DNA of 64,000 bases from Amoebidium appalachense (Eukaryota > Protista > Ichthyosporea): contig CAVNZM010000009.1 of the NCBI GenBank assembly GCA_963693365.1, forward strand, positions 2,482,231 to 2,546,230. Direction: 5' to 3'. This document shows, one piece after another, positions 63,439 through 64,000 of this stretch. The translations under genes and the position numbers were made by a program. The notes under the pieces were generated by a model that saw nothing but the letters and a program-made list of their open reading frames with translations, made no database searches and had not been told where the DNA came from. The stretch's first letter is position 1; each line of letters opens with the position of its first letter.

Positions 63439-64000
63439 CCCCCCCCCCCCCTCCTACCCGGGCCCCCGGTGCCCCCTTCTGCCTAATACACAATGCCACT
63501 AGTAAGTCATGCTCTATCATGATTTCCCTCAAGTTGTGACTCGCTTTCCAGCGCTGCGTACAAATAAGTGCTATGATACGTATTAGTTAGGTCTTGTTGT
63601 AGACGATTACAAATCTAAGTACTTTGAGGAGCTCATGACGTTGACGTCGCCTCTGCATGCGCAGCTGCGGCAGAGCACGCACACTGCATGCATGCGCAGA
63701 TCTAGAGCTTGCAAGTATTGTAGTATTGCTTTCTAACTAACCTGCCAAAGTCCTCACCTCATTTTGCACAATAATATGTGCATATTTTATTATTGAGTTT
63801 TTAATGGTTTAGTGCTGCAGTGTAGAAAGAGAAGACTCGGTTTGCGACCGGTACGGGAGCCAACAAAGCCCGCGCACCATGCGAAACCGTGAGATCGACT
63901 TCCAGAATCCAAATAGATTTATTCCGACTATTTAGACCAATAGCATAGGGTTAGATTAAAATAGATTTTAGGTCTACCAATCAACTTGCACCTAGTGAAG

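Overview
Eukaryotic, intron-rich genomic DNA with GT-AG introns packed with (CA)n/(GA)n and poly-C/poly-G tracts. A receptor tyrosine kinase points to a holozoan host, probably unicellular (inference). The left 27 kb is a three-level nest of mobile DNA. A cluster of decayed non-LTR retrotransposon fragments (1-3593, resuming about 27051) is interrupted by an apparently complete ~23.5 kb Helitron2/Helentron-type rolling-circle element (about 3594-27050), and its empty site is visible in a second copy at 2121-2400. The element encodes a 9-exon ~2260 aa HUH-Rep + PIF1 helicase + C-terminal OTU-like protease, with tandem 66-bp microexons, a hairpin-repeat array and an orphan cargo ORF. It also carries a full-length 5.4 kb Ngaro/PAT-type tyrosine-recombinase retrotransposon (5189-10631), whose empty target is also in the window. 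The right half holds three multi-exon host genes: a beta-helix/TNFR-EGF receptor tyrosine kinase (+), an LRR/BC-box-like/SAM-like gene (-) and a secreted Cys/Gly-rich protein (-). It also has nested MITEs, a foldback element and minisatellites. Most ORFs in the supplied track are microsatellite artefacts, and several frameshifts sit in homopolymers and may be assembly errors. All calls are by-eye motif recognition; no searches were run.
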